A DNA stretch of 64,000 bases from an uncultured delta proteobacterium (GCA_963785725.1 CAWAWS010000015.1:160001-224000), one strand, 5' to 3'. Shown: positions 33,191 through 46,042, counted from the first letter of the stretch. Program-made: numbers and translations. Notes: a model not told the origin generated them from the sequence alone.

Positions 33191-33610
33191 CTACTTCGTC
33201 GTCGCCGGCAGCTTGAGCGTCTTTTCCACCCAGCGCAGGATCGTGTCTTTGTTCCACGGCTTGGTGATGACGCCGAGCATGAGGCCGTCCTCTTCGGCGC
33301 GCACCACCTCGTCGAGATCGCCGTGCGCCGTCAACATCAGGCACAGCATCGTCGGCTGCAGCGTCTTGGCGGCGCGCAGGAAGTGGATGCCGTTCTTGCC
33401 CGGCATCGAGTAGTCGACGAGCGCCAGATCGATCGGCTGCTGCCTGATGACCGCCAGGCCCTCGTCGACGGAAGCGGCCAGCGTCACCTGATAATCGTTG
33501 CGAAAGACGCGGCGAAACGTCTGCAAGTTGGGCATCTCGTCGTCGATGACGAGGATGCGCGGCTTGTGCGGCGGGTCGTTCGCGGGCGGAGAGGGAGGCG
33601 TCGTCGTCAT
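33191..33610 (-). CDS. Single-domain response regulator
   Basis: ILVIDDE, DYSMPGKNG, LTAH, KPW. Confidence 0.9.
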   Translation of the reverse strand: MTTTPPSPPANDPPHKPRILVIDDEMPNLQTFRRVFRNDYQVTLAASVDEGLAVIRQQPIDLALVDYSMPGKNGIHFLRAAKTLQPTMLCLMLTAHGDLDEVVRAEEDGLMLGVITKPWNKDTILRWVEKTLKLPATTK

Positions 33611-33626
33611 TGGCTCGCAGCGAGCA

Positions 33627-36600
33627 TCATACGTTTACCACCTCGGCGATACCAGCAACTGCGGCGAGTGGCAAACGCATGACGAAGCGGGCGCCGGTCG
33701 TCCACGTCGAGTCGAGCTCGAAGGTGCCGCCGTGATTGTTGACGACGATCTGGCGGCAGACGGCGAGGCCGAGCCCGGTGCCTTTGCCGACATCCTTGGT
33801 CGTGAAGAAGGGCTCGAAGATGCGCTCGCGCACCGTCGCCGGCACGCCCGGCCCGTTGTCGGTGAGCCTGACCTCGACGAAGGTCTCGTCGACGCTGCCT
33901 TCGATGACGATCTTGCCGTGACCGCCGAGCGCCTCGAGCGAGTTGGACAGGATGTTGAGGAACACCTGGCTCAGCTGCCCTTTGTGGAACGCCAACGGCG
34001 GCAGCTCGGGCAGCCGCTCGTCGATGGTGACGCCCGGCGGCAGCGTGCGCCGCAGCATCTGCACCGTCTCGTGCAGCGGCACGCGCAGGTCGCCCATCGA
34101 CTTCTGCAGCGTCCCGCCGCGCATGAACGCGCGCAAATCGGAGTGCACCGCCTGCACGCGCGCCGCCGCCATCTCGACCACGTTCAACGCCTGCTGAAAG
34201 TCGCTCAAGACGAAGTCGAGATCGCGCTCGGCCCACATCGCGTCGAGCTTGGTGCGCGCAAAAGGCGTCGCCAGCTCGCGCGCCTCCGCCAGCGTGCGCT
34301 CGAGATCGGTCAAGTAGTCGCGCATCGGCGGCAAGTTGTTGGCGATGACGTTGATGGGGTTGCTCAGCTCGTGCGACAGCTGCGCCAAGAGTCGTCCCAG
34401 CGCCGTGAACTTCTCGCTCTCGGCCACGCGCAGCTGCGCTTGCGTCAGCTCGCGCGTGCGACCGGCCACCATGCGCTCGAGCTCGAGGTTGCGCTGCTCG
34501 AAGCGGGCCAAGCGCCAGCGCACGGCCAAGAGCACGAGCGCGGCGATGACGAGCACGAACAGGCCGCGCAGCCACCAGTTTTGCCACCACGCCGGCATGA
34601 CGATGAACGCCGCGAACGCCGGCTCGCCCCACGCGCCCGAGCCGAAGCGCGAGCGCACGCCGAGCTGATAGTGACCGGGCGGCAACGCTTGGTAGCGCGC
34701 CTCTTTGGCGTCGGTGGCCATCCAGCGATCGTCGGCGCCGACGAGCCGCATCTGCCGCGACACTTGGTGGCTGTCGAGGAAGCCCAGCGTCGAATAGCGG
34801 AACTCGATGCTGTCGGAGCGGCCGACGCGCAGCTCGGCCGGCGGCGCGCCGAACAGCCGCTCGCCCACGCGCACCGACGAGATGACCGACTTGGGCGGCG
34901 CCGGCGGGCCGCGATAGTGCGCGCTGTCGAAGCGGCCGAGGCCGGTCGACGAGCCCAGCCACAAGGTGCCGTCTTTGTCGGCGAAGAAGGCCATGGCGTC
35001 GAGGTCGTCGCCGGGCAGACCGTCGCCGCGCTGGAAGACGTCGACGCGCCCGTCACTGCCGACGATGCCGAGGCCGGACGCGGTGCCGACGTACAGGCAA
35101 TCGTTGCCGTCTTCGCCGAGGAAGTAGGCTTTGTCGCTGGGCAGACCGTCTTGCCCGTCGAGGTGGCGGATGTCTTCGAGGCCGCGCGCGCCCAAGCGGA
35201 AGCAGCTTATGCCGATGGGCTCGAAATATTGGACGCAGAGGTCGCCCGAGCGGCGCGCCAAGATGCCGGAGACGTAGTCGCCGCGCAAGCCGTCGGCGCG
35301 CGTGAAGCGGCGGGCGCCGGCGCCGGAGGGCGTCACGAGGCCGAGGCCGCGCTCGCCCGCGGCCCAGATGCGGCCTTGCGCGTCGCTCGCGACCCAGTCG
35401 AAGTGCTCGGTGGCGCTGCCGCCGGGCAAGACGTACGACGAAAAGTGGGGCAGGGCGCCGCCTTCGGTGTGCGCGCCGCGCAAGAGCCCGGCGCCGTGCG
35501 TGGCCAGCCACAGGTCGCCCGCGCCGTCGACGGCGAGCCCCATGATCTGCAGGCCGCCGACGCCGTAATCGGCGCCGGCGCGGGTCACGCGCAGCGTCGT
35601 CGGATCGATGCGCAACAGCTCACTCGGCGAGCCGCCGCCGAAGAGCGCGCCGTCGTGCCAGCCGAGCCCGCGGAACGAGTGGCCTTCGGAGCCGGCCACG
35701 AGCTGCCAGCCCTTGGGCGTCGCGCGCAGTAAGCCGTCGTCGGTGCCGACCCAGAGTGTGCCGTCGGGCGTGCGCGTGATCTGCCAGATGACCTCGTTGG
35801 GGAGGCCGTCGGCGCTGCCGTAGCTGGTCATGAGATCGCGGCCGGCCAGACGATGCAAGCCGACGCTGGCGATCCACAGCGAGCCGGACGAGTCGGCGAA
35901 GGCGGCCATGGCCTCGTCGGTGGGTAGACCGTGCGCGCGATCGATGATTTCGCTGCTGCTCGCGCCCACGCGCAAGATGCCGCGCGTCGTCGGCACGAGC
36001 AGGCGGCCTTCGCGATCGGTCGACATCAGGCCTTCGGAGTTGCGCGACGGGAGCAGGCACGATCGCTCGACGAAGCCGCCCGAGTCTTCGGTCTCGCGCA
36101 GCCACAAGCGCGCGTGCGAGCGCATCCACACGCGGCGGCTGCCGTCGACGACGACGCTGGTGATGGTCTCGTGGTCGCCGATGACGCTGCCGTCGGCGAG
36201 CGTCTGCCAGCTGCCGTCGGTGGCGCGGCGCAACAGCCGATTGCCGACCGCGGCCAAGACGCGCCCGTCGCCGTCGACGGCGAGCGCGGACGCTTCGCCG
36301 CCGGGCCAGCCGCCGGCGAGCGCGAACTGGTCGGGCGCGACCTCGGCGTAGAGGCCGAGCCGCGAGGCCACCCACAAGCGCGCGTGGCTGTCGAGCGCGA
36401 GGCCGTTGATGATGGCGCGCGGCACGTCGGCCACGACGGTGAAGCGGGCGTCGTCGCGGCGCGCCAGGCCTTCCCACGTGCCCACCCACAGGCGGCCGTC
36501 GCGGCGCGCCGCCAGCGCGCTGACGTACGTCGACGGCAGCCCGTCGTCGCGTCCGAAGCGCACGAAGCGCGTGCCGTCGAAGCGAAAGAGCCCCTCTTCC

Positions 36601-36782
36601 GAGCCGCTCCACAAGTAGCCGTCGCGATCCTCGGCGAAGTCGAGCTCCGCCAAGTTGCTGAGGCCATCCTCGGTGCCGAACGACTCGAACTGATAGCGAC
36701 CGGGCGGTGGCGCCGGCCGATCGGCCGCCAGCGCGCACGTGAGGCTCGCTTGCAGGACCAACGTAGTGAGCGCGGACAGCAC
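33627..36782 (-). CDS. Sensor histidine kinase with beta-propeller (Reg_prop) and Y_Y_Y periplasmic domain
   Basis: Repeated DGLP...D.DG.LW.GT..GL, LPPGHY, TM, HELSNP, QVFLN, DNGPG, FEPFFTTK, GTGLGL. Confidence 0.93.
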   Translation of the reverse strand: MLSALTTLVLQASLTCALAADRPAPPPGRYQFESFGTEDGLSNLAELDFAEDRDGYLWSGSEEGLFRFDGTRFVRFGRDDGLPSTYVSALAARRDGRLWVGTWEGLARRDDARFTVVADVPRAIINGLALDSHARLWVASRLGLYAEVAPDQFALAGGWPGGEASALAVDGDGRVLAAVGNRLLRRATDGSWQTLADGSVIGDHETITSVVVDGSRRVWMRSHARLWLRETEDSGGFVERSCLLPSRNSEGLMSTDREGRLLVPTTRGILRVGASSSEIIDRAHGLPTDEAMAAFADSSGSLWIASVGLHRLAGRDLMTSYGSADGLPNEVIWQITRTPDGTLWVGTDDGLLRATPKGWQLVAGSEGHSFRGLGWHDGALFGGGSPSELLRIDPTTLRVTRAGADYGVGGLQIMGLAVDGAGDLWLATHGAGLLRGAHTEGGALPHFSSYVLPGGSATEHFDWVASDAQGRIWAAGERGLGLVTPSGAGARRFTRADGLRGDYVSGILARRSGDLCVQYFEPIGISCFRLGARGLEDIRHLDGQDGLPSDKAYFLGEDGNDCLYVGTASGLGIVGSDGRVDVFQRGDGLPGDDLDAMAFFADKDGTLWLGSSTGLGRFDSAHYRGPPAPPKSVISSVRVGERLFGAPPAELRVGRSDSIEFRYSTLGFLDSHQVSRQMRLVGADDRWMATDAKEARYQALPPGHYQLGVRSRFGSGAWGEPAFAAFIVMPAWWQNWWLRGLFVLVIAALVLLAVRWRLARFEQRNLELERMVAGRTRELTQAQLRVAESEKFTALGRLLAQLSHELSNPINVIANNLPPMRDYLTDLERTLAEARELATPFARTKLDAMWAERDLDFVLSDFQQALNVVEMAAARVQAVHSDLRAFMRGGTLQKSMGDLRVPLHETVQMLRRTLPPGVTIDERLPELPPLAFHKGQLSQVFLNILSNSLEALGGHGKIVIEGSVDETFVEVRLTDNGPGVPATVRERIFEPFFTTKDVGKGTGLGLAVCRQIVVNNHGGTFELDSTWTTGARFVMRLPLAAVAGIAEVVNV

Positions 36783-36833
36783 GATTTCCGCCGCTATTTT
36801 ACCAGACGCGACGGCGCTTGCCGGGCATTAAGG

Positions 36834-37412
36834 CTAGTCGTCGTCGAGCAGGTCGCCGACGAGCCGGTCGACGACCTGCTCGGCGACTTCCGAGTCGGCG
36901 TTGGCGCGACCGCGCGCCGCCGCGTCCTCGAGCGCGCGCTCGATGTGCCCGGCCACGTCGCTGCCCGCCGAGCAGCGCAAGCAGCGATAGCCGGTGCCGT
37001 AGCCGACGACGTCGGTGCGCTCGATGGGGAACGTGCCGCCGCAGGCCGCGCAGACGACGTCGTGCGGCTTCGGCGCCGTCAGCGGCGCCAGCCCGTCGCG
37101 ATAGGGCGCGACCCCGCGCTGCTGCAGCCACGGCGACGGCTTGGCCGCCGGCTTGCCGTCGGCGATGACCTCGTCCACCCGCCGCGACAGCGCCTGCGCA
37201 TCGAGCAGGCCCGCCTCCGTCAGCAGCGCCACCGTCGCCCGCACCGTCGCCACCAACACTTCGTTCTCGGCTTTGACGTCGACTTCGCGCTGTTTCATGG
37301 TCGTCATGTTCTGCTGCAGCTCGTCGAGCTTGCGCTCGAGCTCGGCCAACGCCCACGCCGGGTCGGCGCCGCCGCTCGACAGCCAAGCCCGCCATTTCTG
37401 CACGCCATTCAT
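36834..37412 (-). CDS. Hypothetical protein: coiled coil plus CxxC...CxxC zinc ribbon
   Basis: CAACG...CLRC, with an N-terminal heptad pattern. Confidence 0.65.
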   Translation of the reverse strand: MNGVQKWRAWLSSGGADPAWALAELERKLDELQQNMTTMKQREVDVKAENEVLVATVRATVALLTEAGLLDAQALSRRVDEVIADGKPAAKPSPWLQQRGVAPYRDGLAPLTAPKPHDVVCAACGGTFPIERTDVVGYGTGYRCLRCSAGSDVAGHIERALEDAAARGRANADSEVAEQVVDRLVGDLLDDD

Positions 37413-37476
37413 GCGCCGGCTTTAACCATACGCCCAAGCGCGAGCGTCGCCAACACGTGTGGATCTAGGAGGATAC

Positions 37477-38374
37477 TTAGGTGATGGGCGCTTGTGCGAG
37501 CTTCAGCGTCGTCGTGAACAGCATGTTGGAGCCGCCTTTGTGGCGCTCGGCGAAGAAGAAATCGAGCGGGTAAGCCGTGCCCTTGGTGAGGCCGAGGTTG
37601 TCGAGCACGACGTCGCCGATCTCGGGATCGTGGATGCCGCCCAAGTTGATGACGAGCTGATTGTTGATGTAGACGAACACGTCATCGTCGCCGCGATAGT
37701 GGAAGGTCTCGCCGCCCATAGTACGTGAACGTCGTGTGCGATTCGGCGGTGAACGAGAAGTTGTGCGGATCGCCCTGATTGCCGAACGCCGTCGCGTAGG
37801 GCGAGCCGTCGTCGATGGGGAAGAAGCCTTTGGACGACGGGTCGCCGGCGGTGTAATCGACGCCGTCGATGTTGCTGTCGTAGCCCCAGCTGCCGTCGGC
37901 CGCCTGCGTCAACGTGATCGGGAAGTCGACGTGGATGTTGATGTTGGGCGTGTCGTTGTACCACTGGTTGAAGCTGGCCAACCCGTGCGTCGTCAGCGTC
38001 GTGCCGGTCGTGTTCTTGTAGACCGGCTTGCGATCGGCGCCGAGCGTGTTGGTGACGATATCGGTATCCGGCCACGGCGACGGCGTCGACGGCACGTTCT
38101 CGAAGTTCGGGTTCGTGTTGGGATCGCTGGCGTTGTAGAGCTTGAAGTCGCGAATCGTAATCGTGATAATGTTGCTGCTGGTGGTGCCGGCGTCGCCGTC
38201 GCCGCCCGCATTGCCGCCCGCCGAGCCGCCGGCGCTGCCGCCCGCCGAGCCGCCGGCGGCGCCGCCGCCCGCCGAGCCGCTGCCGCCGCCGCCCGATACT
38301 TCGACCTTGGACGAGCAGCCGCTGGCGACGGCCGAGAGCGCGAAGACGAACGCAAAAACCAAGTTCCTATTCAT
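37477..38374 (-). CDS. Fibro-slime (PA14-like) domain lipoprotein (frameshift near 37715)
   Basis: Lipobox ASGC. IRDF, FNQWY, FFPID, HNFSFT, then GDDDVFVYIN..INLGGIH and DFFFAER in the next frame. Confidence 0.88.
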
Positions 38375-38401
38375 TACCGATCTCCTTCACGGGCCGCGTT
38401 A

Positions 38402-38417
38402 CGCAAACGATGCGCCA
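38402..38417 (-). promoter_or_regulatory. Putative sigma54 promoter of the fibro-slime gene
   Basis: TGGCGCA-TCGT-TTGCG, near consensus, upstream of an AAGGAG RBS. Confidence 0.65.
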
Positions 38418-38665
38418 ACCCGCTCGCGTCACCGCGAAGCGCCGCGGAGCATGGTCGCCAAGTAGCGCCGGCACATGAAGTAGAGACGGCTGCGCGCGCA
38501 CCGTCGCATTATTTTCCGGCGCCGTCTCCACGCGCATACAGCTGAGGACTGTTTCCCCAGTAGGTAAATGAATGCATTGGTACTTTTCCTCGCCCAGCGA
38601 ACCGACGCGCGTTATCTTGAATGTTCCCGGCGCGCGCGCGCCGAGGGCGGAGGCAGCCGGGCCAG

Positions 38666-40137
<1,472 letters not shown>

Positions 40138-40141
<4 letters not shown>

Positions 40142-40785
40142 GGATGACGATCGTGGCGAAGCGTTCGCGTGCGGCGGTGGCGGCCGCGCTGGTCATCCAG
40201 CTGTTGGCGCCGGCAGCGTGGGCGCGCGCGCCGAAGATCGGTGGCGCAGCGACGGAGCACGTCGCCGCCGCCAATCGCGCCTACAAAGAGAAGAACTACG
40301 ACAAGGCGCTCGAGGAGCTGCGTGCGGGTTATCGGCTGGCGCCGCGGCCCGAGTTCCTGCTGACGTTCGCGCAGATCTATCGCTCGGCGGGCAAGCTGCA
40401 GCAGGCGCTGGAGGCGTGTAACTCCTACTTGGCGACGATGCCGAACGGCTCGCTGGCGCCGAGCGCGCGCGAATTGGCCGACGTCTTGCGCGCCGAGATC
40501 GCCGCCGCCACGCCGCCGCCCGCGCCGCCGCCGCCGGTCGTCGCGCAGCCGGTCGCGCCGCCGCCCGCCGTCGTCACGCCGGTCGCGCCGCCGTCGGTCG
40601 TCACGCCGGTCGCCGCCGCTGTCGGCACGACCGCGCCGCCGCCCGATCATCGTCGCAAGGCGCTGGCGTGGGGGCTCGGCGTCGGCGCCGTCGTCGTGGT
40701 CGGCCTGGCCGTCGGGCTCGGCGTCGGGCTCGGCGTCGACCACGGGCGCGCCTCCACGTTCGGCAACGTCAAGTTCAACCCGTAG
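40138..40785 (+). CDS. Secreted TPR protein with C-terminal TM helix
   Basis: Signal peptide, AY...YDKALEEL..GY...FAQIYR, Pro-rich linker, GLGVG TM. Overlaps the kinase stop. Confidence 0.82.
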
Positions 40786-40822
40786 CCGGGATCGTCGCGG
40801 CGCGCGAAATCGGTCGGGAAAT

Positions 40823-41749
40823 TTAGTGCGAGCGCGTGGCGAAGAGGCGATGGAAGGTCATGTCGAGCTGGCTCTGCGCGGCTTGGATGATGCTGTCGCA
40901 GTCGGCGAGCGGAATCTGCAGCTCGGCCGTGAGCGCCTGGCGCGTGCCGTCGAGCAGCCGCTGCCGCGCCATGGCCAGCCAGCGCGCCGCCGTCGCCCGA
41001 TGGGTGCGATAGAGGCCGCCCAGCTGATCGATGGTCACGCTGTCGAGATAGTGCAGCCTGAGGAGGCTCTTGTCGCGCGCCGACAGCTGCGCCATCGCCT
41101 GCGCGAACGCCTTCTGGAACGCCTCTTTGGACCACGCTTTGGAGTACTGACCCTCGACGTCGCGCGCCGAGCCCGACAGGCGCGCGAGCGCGGCGTCGCC
41201 GTCGGACTTCTCGTCTTTGCCGCGCTTGAGCAGCTTGCAGGCGGCGCGAACGGCGCTGACGCTGAGCCAGGCGCCGAGCGCGCCGCGACCGCGAAAGCCA
41301 GCGATGCCGGGCCGTCCATCGCGGTGCCGCAGCAGCAGCTGCGCGCGCAGACCCTGCAGGATCTCGTCGACCGAGTGCGCCGGCAGCCGCATGCGCGCCA
41401 ACGACGCCCGCACCAGCGGAAAATAGTGGATCTCGAGCTGCGCCATCGCCGTCGTGTTGCCGGCGGCGCAGGCGCAAGCCAAGTAGAGCTCGGCCGCGGT
41501 CGTCGGCGACAGCATGACGTCGAGCTCGCGCGCGCTCACGCTGCGCTCGGCCAGCCAGGCGCCGAAGCGTGCCGGCGCCACCTGCAGCTCGGGCCATTGC
41601 GCCGTCGCCGCGTCCCAGGCGCCATCGAGGCGCTCGCGCAGCGTATCGTCGCCGGCCAGCTCCGCGCGCACGTCAGCGGTCAGGCCGCTCCAGAAGGAGT
41701 CGACGAAAGTGGTCGGGGCGTCTTCGGCGAGCGCGAGCTGCGTGGACAA
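40823..41749 (-). CDS. Myxobacterial-type sigma70/ECF-like factor
   Basis: ELYLACAC..G...A, FRGRGALGAWL, LSARDK.LLRLHY, TIDQLG..Y.THRATAARW. Recognised from memory as the TIGR03001-like family. Confidence 0.8.
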   Translation of the reverse strand: MSTQLALAEDAPTTFVDSFWSGLTADVRAELAGDDTLRERLDGAWDAATAQWPELQVAPARFGAWLAERSVSARELDVMLSPTTAAELYLACACAAGNTTAMAQLEIHYFPLVRASLARMRLPAHSVDEILQGLRAQLLLRHRDGRPGIAGFRGRGALGAWLSVSAVRAACKLLKRGKDEKSDGDAALARLSGSARDVEGQYSKAWSKEAFQKAFAQAMAQLSARDKSLLRLHYLDSVTIDQLGGLYRTHRATAARWLAMARQRLLDGTRQALTAELQIPLADCDSIIQAAQSQLDMTFHRLFATRSH

Positions 41750-41899
41750 GGTGCACCCATACAGAGCAACCGCCGCGCCAAGCTCGACAGCGCTAAGCCG
41801 GCGACTTCCTGTCTACGTCGCGGTTGCAGGTGGGGCTCGAGGCTCCACTTCGTCTCCTCGAGACCTCGGGGTTCGTGTGCGACGAAGACGCTGTCGCGC

Positions 41900-43435
41900 T
41901 CACGGCGGCGGCTGCTCGCCGCCCAGCGTCACGAAGGTGTTGCCGGCCTTTTGGAGGTTGTAGTCGGTCACGATCCAGTCGGCCGAGCGCGCCAGCCCCG
42001 AGATGCGCACTTCGTCTTCGATGCCGGCGAAGAACTGGTCGGCGGTGGCGTCGGCGGCGGCGCCCAAGCGCAAGGGCACGGTGCTCGTCAGGTCGTTCGA
42101 GGCCGTGAGGTTCGTCGGCGTGCCTTCGGGGCCGTCTTGGTAGGCGTGCAGCTGCATGCCGGCGCGGACGAACGTGACGAAGTGCCAGCTGCCGTCGGCG
42201 ATGCTGGTGCGGCCGCTGACGGAGTCGTTGCCGCTGTTCGACAGCGTCTGCGCCTGCCACGGGCTCGAGCTGTTCGCGTCGTGCAAGAAGACATCGTAGC
42301 CCTGCGTGCCGGCGTTCGTGTCGCGCTTGGACAGGAGGCGCGCGCTGCCGGTCTGTTGCGACGACTTGACCCACAAGGAGAGGGTGAAGTCGGCGGAGGC
42401 GCCGAAGTCGATGAGGGCGCTGTCGGCGACCTCGACGTAGTCGCTGGTGCCGTTGAATTGAAAGCCGTTGCCGATGGCGCCGGGCGTGATGGTCGTGCCG
42501 GTGAGCGTGCCGGTGTGGCCGCCCGTCGTGCTGTCGCTCGTCGCCGTCGCGGCCGCGGCGTTGAGGTGCCAGACGGCGCGAAAGTGGCTGTCCCAGACGT
42601 TGGCGGCGACGGGCGAGCCGGGCGGCGTTGCGTTGCCGTAATAGAGCGTGAGCACCGTGTCGTTCGAGGCCGCGGCCGTGTTCAGCGCCGGCACGCGCAC
42701 CCACGCGACGAGCACGCCGGCGTTGGGATCGTAGCGCTCGATTTCGTAGTCGAGCAAGCAGGGCGACGCGCCGGCGCAGGTCGCGCCCGTGGCCGTGAAG
42801 CGCAGGTCGCTGCCGTCGGCTTTGGCGACGTGACCGCCCGGCGCCGCTTGCAAGCCGGGATCGCTGACGGCGACGAGCAGCGGATAATTGGACAGCGTCG
42901 CCGCGCCGTCGGATGAGCTGACGCCGCCTTTGGCGATGGTGATCGTGCGCGAGTAGGCGTTGGCGACGATGGGAACGGCGGTCATGTCGACGCTCGGCAT
43001 CGACAGATCGTGCGGGAAGTTCTCGCCCATGTCGTCGAGCGGCGGGCCGCCGTCGTCGACCGCGACGGTGCCGGGCACGATGTCGGTCGAGATGTCGAAG
43101 ATGTGATGGGCGGCGATGTCGCCGGCGGCGACCTTGGCGTTGCCGACGGTGCTGCCTTTGTCGAGCGCGACGACGAGGAACGTGGTGACGCCGGCGTTAT
43201 CGGGCAGCTCGGCCAGCAGCGTCACGGGCCACTTCAACGCCGGACCGCCGCTGCCGACGGGCAAGACGTGCACGGCGCTGCCGATGGTCATCTCGGCCGT
43301 GATGCGCACCTGGTCGGCGACGACGTCGTGGCTGTTGGTGATCGTCAGGAAGACGCCGGTCGTATGATCGCACGCGGCAACGGTGGCAGCGACGGCGAAG
43401 AGGAGCGCGTAATGGGCGGCGGTGGCCCGCGTCAT
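41900..43435 (-). CDS. Lipoprotein with DUF2341 and LamG/concanavalin-like domains
   Basis: Lipobox VAAC. YPLLV, DGSDLRF, YEIE..WVRVP..LYYGN, VWHL, FNG..DY, WHFV, DEVRIS..RSADWI. Confidence 0.85.
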   Translation of the reverse strand: MTRATAAHYALLFAVAATVAACDHTTGVFLTITNSHDVVADQVRITAEMTIGSAVHVLPVGSGGPALKWPVTLLAELPDNAGVTTFLVVALDKGSTVGNAKVAAGDIAAHHIFDISTDIVPGTVAVDDGGPPLDDMGENFPHDLSMPSVDMTAVPIVANAYSRTITIAKGGVSSSDGAATLSNYPLLVAVSDPGLQAAPGGHVAKADGSDLRFTATGATCAGASPCLLDYEIERYDPNAGVLVAWVRVPALNTAAASNDTVLTLYYGNATPPGSPVAANVWDSHFRAVWHLNAAAATATSDSTTGGHTGTLTGTTITPGAIGNGFQFNGTSDYVEVADSALIDFGASADFTLSLWVKSSQQTGSARLLSKRDTNAGTQGYDVFLHDANSSSPWQAQTLSNSGNDSVSGRTSIADGSWHFVTFVRAGMQLHAYQDGPEGTPTNLTASNDLTSTVPLRLGAAADATADQFFAGIEDEVRISGLARSADWIVTDYNLQKAGNTFVTLGGEQPPP

Positions 43436-43512
43436 CGCGAAACAATAGCACGCACCGGCGCGTCGCTCTTGTCTTGCCGACGAGGTCGACGTGATAATGG
43501 AGCGCCCGCGCC

Positions 43513-46042
43513 ATGGCTCACCTGTCCGACAGCATCGTCGCCACCTTCACGGCGGGACAGGCGACGGCCGACGAAATCGAAGAGGTCGAGACGCATTTGG
43601 CCGGCTGTGCCGATTGCCGCGAGCTGGTGGCGCAATTGGCGGGCCTGCAGTCGCCACCGCCGTCCGATCACACGCTCTTGACGCCGCGTCCCGAGCACCC
43701 GCCGTCGCTGGCGGACGACGATGATGATGACGACGACGCGCCGCGCCGCAAGCGCCCACAGCCGACGCTGCCGCCGGGCACGATCCTGGCCGAGCGCTAC
43801 CGCATCGTCCATTTCGTCGCCCAGGGCGGCATGGGCGAGGTCTACGCCGCCGAGGACAACGAGCTACGCGAGACGCTGGCGCTGAAGATTCCCGCGCGCG
43901 GCGCCGTCGCCGACACCGATCTCTTGGCGCGCCTGAAGCGCGAAGTCTTACTGGCGCGGCGCATTGCGCACCCCAACGTCTGTCGCATCTTCGACGTCGG
44001 CTTTCACCGCGACGGCGCGCGTTCGATCGTGTTCTTGACGATGGAGCTGCTCGAAGGCGAGACGCTGGCCGCCAAGCTCCGTCGCGACGGCGCGCTGCCG
44101 GCCAAGGAGGCGCTGCCGCTGGCCGCGCAGCTCGTCGCCGGCTTGGCCGCCGCGCACGACAACGGCGTCATTCACCGCGACTTCAAGAGCAACAACGTCA
44201 TCCTCGTGCCCAGCGACGGGCCGGCGCCGCGCGCGGTGATCATCGACTTCGGCTTGGCCCGCGGCGAAGGCGGGCTCGACGCGTTCTCGCTCGGCTCGAT
44301 GTCGCGCGCGCTCGTCGGCACGCCGCACTATCTGGCGCCCGAGCAGCTGCAAGGCGCGCCCGCCAGCGTCGCCACCGACATTCACGCGCTCGGTGTCGTG
44401 CTCTTCGAATTGGTGACCGGGCGCCTGCCGTTCTCGGGCGCGACGCCGCGCGAGGCGGCCATGCGGCGGCTGCAAGAAGAGGCGCCGCGCGCGCGTTCGC
44501 TGGTCCCGCAGCTGAGCGCGGCCTGGGACGACGTCATCGCGCGCTGCCTCGAGCGCGACCCGGCGCAGCGCTTCGCCGACGTGCGCGCGGTCGGCAAAGC
44601 GCTGTCGCGACGACGCTGGCGGCCGCGACCGGGCTGGCGCACGGCGGCGAGCCTCTGCGGCGCGCTGGCGTTGGCGTGGGCGGGCACGGCGCTTTGGCAC
44701 GAGCGCGAGCGGGCGGCGGCGGCGCGACCGCGGCCGTCGCTGGCGATCGTCGACGCGGCCTTGTGGCGCGACGACGCGCCGTGGACGACGACGGCCGTCG
44801 CCGATGCGCCTGACCGCCGCCCTGGCCGCCGACGGCGACGTGCGCCTCGCCGACGCCGACGCGGTCGTGGCAGCGGCGGCGGAGCGGCGTGGCGACGGCG
44901 CGAGCGGCCTGCCGGCGTTGGCGCGGCGGCTCCATGTCGATCGTGTGGCGCTCGTCGACGCGTCGTTGGGCGAGCACGGGCGCATGCATGGCGAGGTGGC
45001 CTTGTGGTCGGCCGATCCGGCGCAGTCGCCGCGGCTGCTCGGCGAAGACGGCACGTTCGACGAGATTTCGGCGCGGCTGCGCGGCCAGCTGCGCACGGCG
45101 CTGCAGCGGCCCGCGCATGACACGACCGCGCCGCGCCATTTCGAGCCCGAGCGGCTGCAGCTGGCCGCCGAAGCCACGCGCCGGCAGCGGCGCGGCGACG
45201 ACGCGGGCGCCGTCGATCGCTGGCGGCGTGCGCTGGCGTCGGGCGCGCTCGACGCCGACTGGGGCGGCGCGCTCGCCCAGGCGCTCGACCGGCTCGGCTT
45301 TGCCGCCGCCGCGCGCCAAGAGCGCACGCGAGCGCTGGCCGTCGCCGAGCCGCCGCGTCTGCGCCGCCGCTTGACCGCCGATGCGGCGCGCGCCGACGGT
45401 CAATGGGCACAGCTGGCGACGATCGCGCGCGCCGCCTGGGCCGAGCACGACGACGACACGATGGCCGCCTTGGTGCTGCTCGAAGCCCAACGCGCGCTCG
45501 GTGACGTCGCCGGCGCGCACGCGACGCTGGCTCGTTTACGCGCGGCGCCGGCCGCCGAACGCGACGACGTGGCGCTCAATCTCGCGGCCGCGCGCCTGGC
45601 GCTCGCGACCGGCGAAGCGACGACCGCGCGCGCGGAAGCCGCCGCCGCCGCAACCGCCGCGCGCCGCGAGGGCGCGACCGCGCGCCTCGCCGACGCCCGC
45701 CGCCTCGAGAGCGCCGCGCTCTTGGCCGGCGGCGCGCCCGAGCCGGCGCGCTCGGCCGCCGAGGAGTCGCTGGCGCTGGCCGAGCAGCTGGCCGATCCGC
45801 TGCGCATCAGCGACGCCTTGGCGACGCGCGCGCTCGTCGAGATTCAGTCGGGCCAGCTCGACGCCGCCCGCGTGTCGCTGGCCGATGCGCTCGACCGCGC
45901 GCGCACGCTCGGCCAGGCCGAGCGCATGGCGCGGCTGCTGCTCGACCTGGCCGCGGTCGCGCGCCGGCAAAACCGCCCCGACGACGCCGCCCACTGGCTC
46001 GACCAATGGCGCGCGCTCGCCGCCGCCCGCAGCACGCCATAG
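43513..46042 (+). CDS. Ser/Thr kinase with N-terminal zf-HC2 (anti-sigma-like) zinc finger and TPR-like C-terminus (frameshift near 44803)
   Basis: HLAGCADC, GGMGEVY, HPNVC, HRDFKSNN, DFGLA, GTPHYLAPE, TM, then Ala/Arg-rich helical repeats in the 44804 frame. Confidence 0.88.

Noticed and set aside
41830..41875. Small hairpins between the sigma and DUF2341 genes
   Set aside because: Short GC-rich stems without a U-tract or a second copy in the window.
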